A stretch of 64,000 bases of DNA from Gammaproteobacteria bacterium (lineage in GTDB: Bacteria; Pseudomonadota; Gammaproteobacteria; Ga0077536): positions 14,473 to 78,472 of the forward strand of contig JACPPA010000021.1 in the NCBI GenBank assembly GCA_016191285.1, given 5' to 3'. Below, one piece after another: positions 52,405 through 61,921 of this stretch (its first letter is position 1; every line of letters starts with the position of its first letter). The translations under genes were made by a program, and so were the position numbers. Below the pieces are notes generated by a model. That model saw only the letters and a program-made list of their open reading frames with translations, was not told the DNA's origin and made no database searches.

Positions 52405-53496
52405 ATGCAAGGTCAAATCGCCGTGATGATGGCGCCTGGTCAGCTCGCGTTCCAGGACTATCCGGTCCCTGATCCAGCACCTGGCGCGCTGGTCGTGCGC
52501 GTGCTGCGCAGCAATGTGTGCGGCAGCGAAATTCACATCTGGTGCGGACACCATCCCACCAAACGCTCTGGCGGTCTTGGTCATGAAGCCGTTGGGATTA
52601 TTGAAAAGCTCGGCGCAGGGGTGACGACTGACCACGCGGGTACGCCGGTTCACGAAGGCGATCGCGTCGTCGCGACGTATTTCATCCATTGCCGACGATG
52701 TCCGCCGTGTCAGCGCGGGCAGGTTCACCTCTGCGACAACGCCTACACCTATTGGGGCCGACAACCCGCGGACGATCCGCATTTCCACGCGACCTTCGCC
52801 ACCCATTGGTACATCCATTCCGCGCAGATGTTCTATAAAGTCCCGGATGCCGTGTCGGATCGCGCGGCGGCGAGCGCGAACTGCGCGCAGAGTCAGGTTT
52901 ATTTCGGTCTCGAACTCGGGCAGGCGCGGCTGGGCGATCGAATCGTGATCCAAGGCGCGGGCGGGCTCGGGCTGAACGCCGCGGCGATCGCCCGCGAAAT
53001 GGGCGCGGAAGTGATCGTGATCGACGCAGTGGCCGCGCGTCTGGCGGAAGCGAAGTGCTTTGGCGCGCACCACGTGATCGATATGAACGCCTATCCAACC
53101 GTTGAGGATCGGGTGGCGGTCGTCGCGCAACTCACCGGCGGCGGGGCCGACCTCTGCCTAGAAGTCGCGGGCGTGGTTGATGCGTATCCCGAGGCGATTA
53201 GGTTATTGCGACCTGGCGGCATGCTGGTCGCGATGGGGATCGTGAATCCGGGTAAAACCGTGCCATTCGATCCGGGCTATGCGGTACGGCGGGGGATCAG
53301 CACGATCGCGACCGTCCGCTACCCTGGCGCGTACCTTAAGAAGTCGCTCGATTTTTTGGTGCGGTACGCGGCGCGCTATCCGTTCGATTCGCTACTCGAT
53401 CGCGATTACCCTCTGGACCAGATCCTACAAGCACTCGATGATTCCGCCGCGCGCCGGGTCACGCGTGCTTCAATCGTGATGCCAGGCGCCCGATGA
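52405..53496 (+). CDS. Zn-dependent alcohol dehydrogenase (MDR family)
   Basis: VCGSEIHIW...GHEAVGIIEKLG zinc/catalytic motifs. Rossmann GAGGLGL. Confidence 0.8.
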   Translation: MQGQIAVMMAPGQLAFQDYPVPDPAPGALVVRVLRSNVCGSEIHIWCGHHPTKRSGGLGHEAVGIIEKLGAGVTTDHAGTPVHEGDRVVATYFIHCRRCPPCQRGQVHLCDNAYTYWGRQPADDPHFHATFATHWYIHSAQMFYKVPDAVSDRAAASANCAQSQVYFGLELGQARLGDRIVIQGAGGLGLNAAAIAREMGAEVIVIDAVAARLAEAKCFGAHHVIDMNAYPTVEDRVAVVAQLTGGGADLCLEVAGVVDAYPEAIRLLRPGGMLVAMGIVNPGKTVPFDPGYAVRRGISTIATVRYPGAYLKKSLDFLVRYAARYPFDSLLDRDYPLDQILQALDDSAARRVTRASIVMPGAR

Positions 53497-55133
53497 TGAC
53501 CGAGATCCCCATCCTGATTGCCGGCGGCGGTCCCGTCGGTACGACGCTTGCCCTCGATCTCGCGCAGCGCGGCGTCGCTTCCATCGTCCTCGAAGAACGA
53601 TTGGCGATGCCGCCTAACCCGAAATGCAACACGACCAACGCCCGCTCGATGGAACATTTCCGGCGTCTCGGCTGTGCGGATGCCATCCGGCGGGTCGGGC
53701 TGCCGTTGGATCGCGCGACCGATGTGGTGTACGCCACCCGCTGGGTCGGTCAGGAACTGACGCGGTATCGCCTGCGGTCCTCACGCGCGGTGCTTGAGCG
53801 GCGCGGTGATTACGGCGCCATCGACGATTACTGGCCCACCCCAGAGCCGCAACATCGCGTCTCGCAGCTCGCGATGGAGCCGGTGCTCCGCGCCCACGTC
53901 CAAAAGTTTTCACAGTGTCAGTATCGCGAAGGTTGGCGCTTTCTGTCGTACACCCAGTCGAGCGAGTTCGTCGATTGCGTCGTACAAGAGATTGCGAGCG
54001 GCGCGGAGCAGCATATCCGCTGCCGTTATCTGGTTTCCTGCGAAGGCGCGCAGAGTCGCATTCGGCGGACGATGCAAGCGACGCTCGAAGGTCGCGAATG
54101 CATTTCCAAGTTCTGCACCACCTACCTCCGCGCGCCCGCGCTCGATACACGCTGGCCGCATGCGCCGGCGTGGATGCATCGCATTTATAACGCGGATGGC
54201 GAGAGTCACATCATCGCCATCGATGGCCGGGAGTTGTGGCTTCATCATTCAATCCTGGGGCCAGACGGCGATCTGGACGCGCACGATCACCGGCCGGCGA
54301 TCGCGCATGCGCTGGGCGCCAATGTCGAGTACGACGTGCTCGGTCAGGAACGGTGGATCGCGCGTGCGATGGTCGCCGACCGCTATCGCAGCGGCCGGGT
54401 GTTTCTATGCGGCGACTCCGCGCATATTTGGATCCCCATGGGCGGTTTCGGCATGAATGCAGGGATCGAAGACGCGGTTAATTTGGCGTGGAAGCTGTGG
54501 GCGACGTTGGCCGGCTGGGCGCCATCGGCTTTACTTGATAGCTACGAGGCTGAGCGGCGATCGATCGGTCAACTCGTCGCGGGTTCGGCGGCGAAAATCT
54601 TCGAAGATCTCTACCGGATCCCAGTGCAGGACCCGCTGTTCGAGGCCATTGGGCCCGCGGGCGACGCCCGTCGCGCCGAGATCGGGCACCTGATCACACA
54701 GCGCAACCTGGCCGAGTTCGACAGTATTGGTATGCAGCTCGGCGTGGCTTATACGGAATCGCCGGTTATCTGTCATGACGGCGCGACGCTACCCGCGTTT
54801 GCCATTAATCGCTACACGGAGTCGTCATGTCCGGGTGTACGCGCGCCGCATTTCTGGCGTGATTCAGGCCGCGCCCTGTTCGATGATCTGGGGCCTGGCT
54901 TTAGCTTGCTCTGCATCGGTCCGCAGGCGCCGGCCGCGGCGAAGCTCATCAGCGCCTTCGAAGCGCGCGGCGTGCCGCTTACCGTGGTGCCGATTGCCGA
55001 ACCCATCGCGGCTGAAAAATATCAGGGCTATCCCTTGATCTTGATTCGGCCTGACCAACACATCGCGTGGCGTTCGATGCAGGAACCGGCCAATCCGCTT
55101 GCCGTGGTCGACACGGTCACCGCACAAATCTGA
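53493..55133 (+). CDS. FAD-dependent aromatic-ring monooxygenase (class A flavoprotein hydroxylase, PheA/TfdB-like)
   Basis: FAD fingerprint IAGGGPVGTTLALDL. GD/DG motifs RVFLCGDSAHIWIPMGGFGMNAGIEDAVNLAWKL. Start overlaps the ADH stop (ATGA). Confidence 0.8.
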   Translation: MMTEIPILIAGGGPVGTTLALDLAQRGVASIVLEERLAMPPNPKCNTTNARSMEHFRRLGCADAIRRVGLPLDRATDVVYATRWVGQELTRYRLRSSRAVLERRGDYGAIDDYWPTPEPQHRVSQLAMEPVLRAHVQKFSQCQYREGWRFLSYTQSSEFVDCVVQEIASGAEQHIRCRYLVSCEGAQSRIRRTMQATLEGRECISKFCTTYLRAPALDTRWPHAPAWMHRIYNADGESHIIAIDGRELWLHHSILGPDGDLDAHDHRPAIAHALGANVEYDVLGQERWIARAMVADRYRSGRVFLCGDSAHIWIPMGGFGMNAGIEDAVNLAWKLWATLAGWAPSALLDSYEAERRSIGQLVAGSAAKIFEDLYRIPVQDPLFEAIGPAGDARRAEIGHLITQRNLAEFDSIGMQLGVAYTESPVICHDGATLPAFAINRYTESSCPGVRAPHFWRDSGRALFDDLGPGFSLLCIGPQAPAAAKLISAFEARGVPLTVVPIAEPIAAEKYQGYPLILIRPDQHIAWRSMQEPANPLAVVDTVTAQI

Positions 55134-55147
55134 AGGAAGGACCGATC

Positions 55148-56023
55148 ATGCAAGAAATCATCGCGCGCAAACTCGCGACCGGCTTATTGTTTGGCGAAGG
55201 GATCCGCTGGAGCGGACACGCCATCGTGTTGTCGGACATGCTAGGCCGCCGCGTCGTCCAGGTAGATCCGATCGTGGGGACCGTGACAACGCTGGTTGAA
55301 ATCGAGAATCAACCGAACGGCCTGATTGCGCTTCCAAATGGCGATCTGATTATTAATTCAATGTTTGATCGCAAATTGCTGCTGCTATCGGAGGGGAAGA
55401 TTAGCGAATACTGCGATCTATCGACGCTCGCGACCGGTTATCTCGGCGATATCGTCGACGACGGACACGGCGGTTATTACGTGGATGACGTGGGCGCGCG
55501 CGTCCTGCATGGCGAGAAGCCCGCGCCGGGCCGCCTCATCTACGTCAGCGCGGACCGCCGCGCCAAAGTCGTTAAAGATCAGCTCGCCTTCGCCAACGGC
55601 GTCGTGATTTCACCGGACGGACGTCGCTTGTACCTTGCAGAAACGATGATCTCGGCCATCAAGGTTTATGCCATTGGATCTCAAGGCGCCCTTGGTGAGG
55701 GCAAAATATTCGCGGATTTCACCGGCACGAGCCGGATCGATGGGTTGACCATGGATGGTGACGAAGGCGTTTGGGCGTGCCTGCTCGACTCCGATCGCGT
55801 GGTGCGCGTGGCGCAGGACGGCAGGCGCACGCACGCGGTGGTGATCCCCGGCGGCGAGCCCGTGACGTGCACCATCGGCGGCGCGGACGGGCGGCAACTG
55901 TTCGTTGCCGCGATCGAAGCGCTCGCCGGCAAAAACATTTTCGAAGAGATGATGGCGAAGCGCGTACGCGCGAATGTGTGGACCGCCGAAATCCCTTTTG
56001 CCAAAGGAAACGCACGTCCGTAA
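55148..56023 (+). CDS. SMP-30/gluconolactonase/LRE-family beta-propeller protein
   Basis: GEGIRWSGHAIVLSDMLGRRVVQVDP..., GVVISPDGRRLYLAETMISAIKVY, DGLTMDGDEGVWAC blade motifs. GAAGGAAGG RBS. Confidence 0.75.
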   Translation: MQEIIARKLATGLLFGEGIRWSGHAIVLSDMLGRRVVQVDPIVGTVTTLVEIENQPNGLIALPNGDLIINSMFDRKLLLLSEGKISEYCDLSTLATGYLGDIVDDGHGGYYVDDVGARVLHGEKPAPGRLIYVSADRRAKVVKDQLAFANGVVISPDGRRLYLAETMISAIKVYAIGSQGALGEGKIFADFTGTSRIDGLTMDGDEGVWACLLDSDRVVRVAQDGRRTHAVVIPGGEPVTCTIGGADGRQLFVAAIEALAGKNIFEEMMAKRVRANVWTAEIPFAKGNARP

Positions 56024-56094
56024 GGTTGCGGCGACGAATTACGCCAACGACAAAGCGCCGCATGGCAAGCCGCGACAAGATCGCCACTGAATCC

Positions 56095-56470
56095 CGTGCG
56101 AACTAAATAGCGAAGCGGAAATACCGTCCACCCTGCGGAGGTTGGGCTTTAACTGCGTCATTCCGGCGTGGTCCCGGCCTGCGCCGGGAGGAATCCAGGA
56201 CATTGAGTTATTCGACTGGGTCCCGGCGTTCCAGGCCGTGTAAAAACTCCAAGTGAATTGGAGCAGCAGGGAACAAGAACCCAGTACACGTCATTCCGGC
56301 GAACGCCGGAATCCAGAAAAAAAGCAGATCCGCGCGCTGCGCAGAGGCCTACTCTGACTGGAAAGCCGGAGTTTCGCTTTGCGAATTCCGGGGTGACGGA
56401 CGGCGGTTCGAGTTTTTACACGCCCTCGTTCGCCGGCACGGACACCGCGCGTAAACCACGACGAAGGTCT
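56095..56470. repeat. MITE-like composite repeat cluster
   Basis: Copy of the 47800-47960 module (56105-56225), plus a VIPAKAGI-type unit (cgtcattccggcgaacgccggaatccag, 56290-56318) and a degenerate third module. Confidence 0.7.
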
Positions 56471-56493
56471 CGAGGTGATCGCCCTTTAAAACT

Positions 56494-56703
56494 TCAATCC
56501 TGGAGGCGGAATCCCAGTTTGATCGTGACTTGCCAGAAGGCGACTTTGCCACTTTTGATCTCCCCGCGGCTCTCGACTACTTCGAACCAGTCCATGTTCT
56601 TGATCGTCGTCGAGGCTTTAGCAATGGCGTTACGCACCGCTTGATCCGAGCTTTCAGTCGAACTACCGGTGATTTCAATTTTTTTGTAGACGTGGTCGCT
56701 CAT
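56494..56703 (-). CDS. Dodecin-family flavin-binding protein (69 aa)
   Basis: MSDHVYKKIEITGSSTESSDQAVRNAIAKASTTIKNMDWFEVVESRGEIKSGKVAFWQVTIKLGFRLQD matches the dodecin consensus (...VIEIVG.S...DWFEV...GHI..G.V.H.QVT.K.GFR). Confidence 0.85.
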   Translation of the reverse strand: MSDHVYKKIEITGSSTESSDQAVRNAIAKASTTIKNMDWFEVVESRGEIKSGKVAFWQVTIKLGFRLQD

Positions 56704-56822
56704 GGAATACCCCCCATTTGTAGGTGTGATTGACGAGTTAAGTATAGGCACGGACCGACCAAGTTGCTCTGAATTCGAGAACAGAGATAATACCTGTCAC
56801 ATCGCCCGGGGAGGCGTATCGG

Positions 56823-59402
56823 ATGCTAGAGGGCGATCTGCTCGAACGCGCCAAGGCGGGCCGTCAGACGCTAATGGTCGGGGCCCAAAGTCGGCTGGAG
56901 GCGCATCACGGCGGGCGCGACATCGTCAAGTTTGTCAGCCGCGAAGTCGACGAGATGCTGATCGATCTATGGCGCACCATTGCCGGCGCCGAGGCATCCA
57001 CGGTCGATCTCGTGGCGGTCGGTGGTTATGGTCGCGCCGAATTATGCCCGTGCTCCGATTGGGACTTGCTGTTTCTGATTCCAGATTTACGCGGCAGGCG
57101 CGTCACCGCCGCGGTTCAAACCTTCGTGAAATTTGTGTGGGACAGCGGCGCCCACCTCGGTCATGCCATTCGCACGCCGGCGGAAACCCGGAAATTCGCG
57201 CGTGCCAATCATCATGCCCGCACCGCTTTACTGGAATCACGTCTGGTCTGCGGCGGCGGCGCGTTATACGCACAGGTACTGCAAAGCTGCGGACAACAGC
57301 ACTGGAGTAAACGCGAGCGCGTTGAGTTCTGCGTGCAGAAAATCGACGAATGCACGGCGCGGCGCAAGGCGCAAGGCGACACTGCATTCGTGATGGAACC
57401 GGAGGTCAAAAATGGCAAAGGCGCGCTGCGCGATGTGAGTACGATTTTTTGGTTGTCGATGGCGTGGTATGGCGTGCCGAGTGCACGCCAGCTGATCGGT
57501 CAGGGCCTGGTCGACGAGGCTGAATTTAACGACTTTGTGCGCGGCCGCGATTTTCTGTGGCGGGTGCGCGCCCAGCTTCACCTCCTCACCGCGCGCGAAA
57601 CCGATCGCCTGCGTTTCGACTTTCAACCCGAGCTCGCGGCCCGTTTCAATTATCGGGACAGCGAAAAATCGAGCGCGGTTGAACGTTTTCTCAAGAATTA
57701 TTTCCTGCACGTGCGAACGATTGCCGATCTCGCCGATATTTTTCTACTGCATTTCAGCGAGCAGATCCGCAAGCCGATGCGGCTGCGGCGACGGCGCAAT
57801 CTGGGTGGCGGCATGGAAGCCCACGGCGATGAAGTCAGCGTGCGCGAGCCACGCGCGTTCGCCGCGGATCCGATTAATCTGCTGCGCATTTTCGTCGAAG
57901 CGCAGAAAGCGCATCGCTTTCTCGACAGTCGCGCGCTACGCATTGTGCGCAAGCATGCGCGCCTGATCGATGCGGGGGTGCGCGTTTCGCCAACGGCGAA
58001 CGAACTCGTACTTACCCTGTTGCGCTCGCCGCGCAATGTCGCCACCGCGCTCAAACAGATGCACGAGACCGGCGTGCTCGGCCGCTTGATCCCCGATTTT
58101 GGCCGCATCACGGGCCATGGCCAATTCGACCGCTATCACCAATACACCGTCGACGCACACACCATCCGCGCCATCGACATCCTGCGCGACTTCCGTCTGG
58201 GCGAAGGCCAGTTCATCACCATGCCGCTGGCGTCGAAGCTGATGCCGACCTTGCAACGCCCGGAGCTGCTCTATATCGCCTTGCTCTATCACGACATCGC
58301 CAAGGGCCGCGGTGGCGATCATTCCGAGATTGGTGAAAGTCTCGCGCGGCGTTTCTGCCATCGGCTGGGGTTATCGGATGACGACAGCGAGCTCGTCGCG
58401 TGGCTGGTCTTGCATCATCTGCGGCTGTCGAAGACCGCGCAGCATTACGATCTCTTCGATGCAGGCGTGATCGCCGACTTCAGTCGTTTCGTCGGTGACT
58501 ACGAGCGCCTGGTCTATTTATTCTTGCTCACCGTGGCCGATGTCACCGCGGTGGGGCCGGGCACCTGGACGGATTGGAAAGGCGCGTTGTTCGCGCAGCT
58601 GTTCCACGCCGCCGAGGCCTATCTGCAGACCGGCCAGATTCACCCGAGCGAGCACGCGGAGCGTCTGGAGTCGCGGCGCAATAGTGTGCTCGCGTTATGC
58701 GCGCCAGCCGAGCGCGCGAGCGTCGGCGCGACCTTGGCAACGGTGTCGAATTCCCTGGCACTGCATTTCCCGCCAGCGCCGTTACTCGAGTTGTGTCGAT
58801 TATTGGAACGTCCGTCGGGAGTACATCTGGCGGTGAATGTGGCACAGGGATTTACGCAGGTGTTGGTATGGGGCAGCGATCGGCGCAAGCTCTTTGCGGA
58901 CCTCACCGCAACGCTAGCGGGCGCTAACACCAAAGTATTGGCGGCACACGCGTATGCGTTGCGCGATGACCGGATTGTGGATGAATTTCATATAACCGAC
59001 GCGAACGACAATCCGGTCAGCGACGCGGACCAAACGATGCGCTTACGAAAACGGCTGGAGCGCGTGCTCGCCGGCGAGGAGCCACCGCCAAACGAGCTGC
59101 CGGTCAAGCCCGATATCTTGATGCGCGCGCAGGCGGTCGAAGTGCGACGGCTGGCCGCGGCAACCAATAGTGTCACCGCGATTGAAGTCGTCGCCGCCGA
59201 TCGCAAAGGCTTGCTGGCTAGTCTCGCCGCCGCCATCGCCGACGCCGGTGTCGATCTCCGCGGCGCCAACATCAGCACCTTCGGCGAGAAGGCCGTCGAC
59301 GTATTCTTTGTCACGGATGACCTTGGTCACGAACTCGACCCAGTACGCATCAACGGTTTGATCGAGCGCCTGCGCGGCGCCGCGGAACTCTCGGGAATCT
59401 AG
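56823..59402 (+). CDS. glnD: Bifunctional [protein-PII] uridylyltransferase / uridylyl-removing enzyme GlnD
   Basis: NTase motif GGYGRAELCPCSDWDLLFL, HD domain (FDRYHQYTVDAHT...LLYHDIAKG), two C-terminal ACT domains, 859 aa, GGGAGG RBS. Confidence 0.85.
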   Translation: MLEGDLLERAKAGRQTLMVGAQSRLEAHHGGRDIVKFVSREVDEMLIDLWRTIAGAEASTVDLVAVGGYGRAELCPCSDWDLLFLIPDLRGRRVTAAVQTFVKFVWDSGAHLGHAIRTPAETRKFARANHHARTALLESRLVCGGGALYAQVLQSCGQQHWSKRERVEFCVQKIDECTARRKAQGDTAFVMEPEVKNGKGALRDVSTIFWLSMAWYGVPSARQLIGQGLVDEAEFNDFVRGRDFLWRVRAQLHLLTARETDRLRFDFQPELAARFNYRDSEKSSAVERFLKNYFLHVRTIADLADIFLLHFSEQIRKPMRLRRRRNLGGGMEAHGDEVSVREPRAFAADPINLLRIFVEAQKAHRFLDSRALRIVRKHARLIDAGVRVSPTANELVLTLLRSPRNVATALKQMHETGVLGRLIPDFGRITGHGQFDRYHQYTVDAHTIRAIDILRDFRLGEGQFITMPLASKLMPTLQRPELLYIALLYHDIAKGRGGDHSEIGESLARRFCHRLGLSDDDSELVAWLVLHHLRLSKTAQHYDLFDAGVIADFSRFVGDYERLVYLFLLTVADVTAVGPGTWTDWKGALFAQLFHAAEAYLQTGQIHPSEHAERLESRRNSVLALCAPAERASVGATLATVSNSLALHFPPAPLLELCRLLERPSGVHLAVNVAQGFTQVLVWGSDRRKLFADLTATLAGANTKVLAAHAYALRDDRIVDEFHITDANDNPVSDADQTMRLRKRLERVLAGEEPPPNELPVKPDILMRAQAVEVRRLAAATNSVTAIEVVAADRKGLLASLAAAIADAGVDLRGANISTFGEKAVDVFFVTDDLGHELDPVRINGLIERLRGAAELSGI

Positions 59403-59440
59403 TGTGGAGTCCCGTAATGAACCCTCATCTATCGACGCGT

Positions 59441-59470
59441 TGCTGGTGTGGGAGCGGCTTTAGCCGCGAA
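59441..59470. repeat. REP-like half-site
   Basis: gtgtgggagcggctttagccgcgaa. Confidence 0.5.
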
Positions 59471-59475
59471 GGCAT

Positions 59476-60414
59476 CTACGTAAACACCACGCGTGGAAAA
59501 TAGAACGACACAATCCAGTTCGGCCTATCGACGATCTCGCTGATGCGAAGATCGCCGCACACCGAGCACAACAGATACGCGTCGACCGCGCGCAGGTGAT
59601 AACGCTTGGCAAGCAGATCGATCATGCCGGCGACAGCGGCTCTGGCGGCTGCCATCAGATCGGGATCGATGCCAGTCGTCACTTCATAACCCGCGATGTC
59701 GAGATGACGACTTACCGGTCCCGGTGTCGTAAAGCGTGGAAAGTCGAGATTCGCGCCTTTCACCAGTTCGAACTTCGCCGCCACCGCACAGGGACTTTCG
59801 ATCGCGGTACCGCAGACTTCGCCATCGCCTTGCGCGGCATGCGTGTCACCCACACTGAATAACCCGCCGTTTACTTCCACTGGCAGATAGAGCTCGGTGC
59901 CCGCCGCGAGATCGCGGATATCCATGTTGCCGCCGACGCGCCGTGGCGGCACCACGGAATGCAGCCCGGCCGCCGCCGGGGCGAGGCCGATGGTGCCGCA
60001 GAAGGGTTTCAGCGGGACGCGGCCGCCGGGACCGTAAAGCGCCGGCGTCATCGACGCGGCGTCATATTTCCAGAGATGCAGATGCGGCTCGGTGAACTGA
60101 TCCGCGAGCAGGCCAAACCCCGGGATATTCGCCGTCCAGCCCCAACCGGATGGGGTGAATCCGAGCAAGGTCACCTTGAGCGCGTCGCCCGGTTTCGCTC
60201 CGTCGATATACACCGGGCCGACCACCGGATTCACTTTCGCGAAATCGAGCCGGGCGATATCAGCGACGGTGGACGCTGGCGTGATCAGCCCGTTCGAGGC
60301 ATCCAGCGGATGGCACTCGACGGTCTCCCCAGGCGCGATGTGCAGCACCGGTGGATTGGCATTATCCCAGCCGTAATGGCCTTGCGCGTGATGGATGGTG
60401 TGTTGACATTTCAT
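59476..60414 (-). CDS. Acetamidase/formamidase (FmdA/AmdA family)
   Basis: Family blocks throughout (GPVYIDGAKPGDALKV, RVGGNMDIRDLAAGTELYLPV, GDTHAAQGDGEV). 312 aa. Confidence 0.85.
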   Translation of the reverse strand: MKCQHTIHHAQGHYGWDNANPPVLHIAPGETVECHPLDASNGLITPASTVADIARLDFAKVNPVVGPVYIDGAKPGDALKVTLLGFTPSGWGWTANIPGFGLLADQFTEPHLHLWKYDAASMTPALYGPGGRVPLKPFCGTIGLAPAAAGLHSVVPPRRVGGNMDIRDLAAGTELYLPVEVNGGLFSVGDTHAAQGDGEVCGTAIESPCAVAAKFELVKGANLDFPRFTTPGPVSRHLDIAGYEVTTGIDPDLMAAARAAVAGMIDLLAKRYHLRAVDAYLLCSVCGDLRISEIVDRPNWIVSFYFPRVVFT

Positions 60415-60570
60415 GCCGCGAACATGAACCGGCGAAGTAGATCTGTCAATTCATTGGATTTCCGTTATCGCTCGGTCATGGCGAAGCAGCGGCACGTACT
60501 CACGCCGTGGACGCCAGCTTCGTTCGAACGTACAGGGAACCGAAGTTCAAGCGGCGCATGCATGCAGGGG

Positions 60571-60765
60571 TCATCGTTGGTCATGCGCATGGTCCGGAAT
60601 CATCCCGTCACGTAAGATTCGCGCCAGCGCCGCGGGCGGACGCTCTTTAACTGGGGCGCTTTTACGGCCAAATTCTGCCGAAGCTACGTGATGAGTCCGT
60701 TCTGGATTAAGTACCCGGTAGTGAACGTCACGCCCTCGCTCTAACGTTATGCAGTCCTTTTTCAT
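60571..60765 (-). CDS. Small hypothetical protein (64 aa), paralog of 61420-61632
   Basis: MKKDCITLERGRD...ASAEFGRKSAPV... The first about 30 nt are identical to the paralog at DNA level (ATGAAAAAG.A..CATAACGTTAGAGCG). Confidence 0.45.
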   Translation of the reverse strand: MKKDCITLERGRDVHYRVLNPERTHHVASAEFGRKSAPVKERPPAALARILRDGMIPDHAHDQR

Positions 60766-61419
60766 CCGGCGCCCAGCATCGCGATGCGCAAGGGTTGCTC
60801 GCGGATCTGATCGTTCAAAGGAGGCGATGCGGTGACCGCTTCTATACAACCGACGCGCAGCAAAGTTCCGGCGGTTACGCTTAGGGAACCTCTGAATAAG
60901 TCCATCCTGGACTTATTCAGAGTACGGGAAGCAAAAAGTATGATTTTTGCTTCCCTTCATTTTCAATGGTTTGCAACCATCGAAAATGGCGGCACCTCCC
61001 TGTGCCGCGGGAAGCTCTGCCATGAATTCAGGGTATCTCGTTGGCACCGGAATTTTTGCGGCAATCTTCGTCGTTATGGTCATCGCGCAGATCTCCGCGA
61101 AGCATTTTCAACCGGTGCTTTACTGGATAACGATTATCGCAACGACGACAGTGGGTACCACATTAGCCGATTTCGCCGACCGCTCTCTCGGGATCGGTTA
61201 TGCCGGCGGCACATCGCTGCTGCTGGCGTTGCTATTGGGGTCTCTCTTTATTTGGCGTCATTTGGCATCGCTCCCTCGGTTCAATAGCGATTGACACCGT
61301 TAACTCACCCGATTGCGTCCGTCATATTGTTCGGCGATGGCGGTGTCGTGAACGCCGAGACCGCAGAACGGCACTCGAAGTTTCGTCGACGCTCCCAAGC
61401 GCCGAGCTATTTTCGTTCG

Positions 61420-61632
61420 CTATTTGTCTCGATTCTTTTTTTGGTGACGCCGATAGTCCGCCACCATCTCGTCAAGCAAAGATTGCGCGAGCCCCTCCGG
61501 GGAACGCCCGGCTACCTGGACGCTTTTGCGGCCGAATTCTTTCGAGGTGACGGTTATTAGCCCGTCGACGACCAGGTACACGGCAGCGTAGGTCGTGCCG
61601 TCGCGCTCTAACGTTATGTTTTGCTTTTTCAT
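61420..61632 (-). CDS. Small hypothetical protein (70 aa), paralog of 60571-60765
   Basis: MKKQNITLERDGTTYAAVYLVVDGLITVTSKEFGRKSVQVAGRSPEGLAQSLLDEMVADY. GGGGG RBS. Confidence 0.5.
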   Translation of the reverse strand: MKKQNITLERDGTTYAAVYLVVDGLITVTSKEFGRKSVQVAGRSPEGLAQSLLDEMVADYRRHQKKNRDK

Positions 61633-61921
61633 ATCGCCCCCTTGCCTTGAGTGTAGACCAAGGATTCGACTTTGGAGAGAGTCATACCCCATTGGACAAG
61701 GCTCAGAGTTGACGGTCCCTTGGCGTGGGGCGCAGTGTTTGCCGTACATCCGTTGGAAGGGGCGAGGAGCGCGAGCACTGGGTACGGGAATGACGCGAGA
61801 TATGGACGTGGACTCGGAATCTTGCCGGTCGCTCAAGGCGCCATCCGCATTGCGCACGATGCCGTAAGTTGGCAAGATTCTCTCGCCTCGCTGTCGAGCC
61901 TGTATCCACTGGAGTTTTCCC

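Noticed and set aside
51865-53130. 421-aa minus-strand ORF
   Set aside because: Antisense across dps and the alcohol dehydrogenase gene. The sense-strand genes have clear family motifs; this ORF does not.
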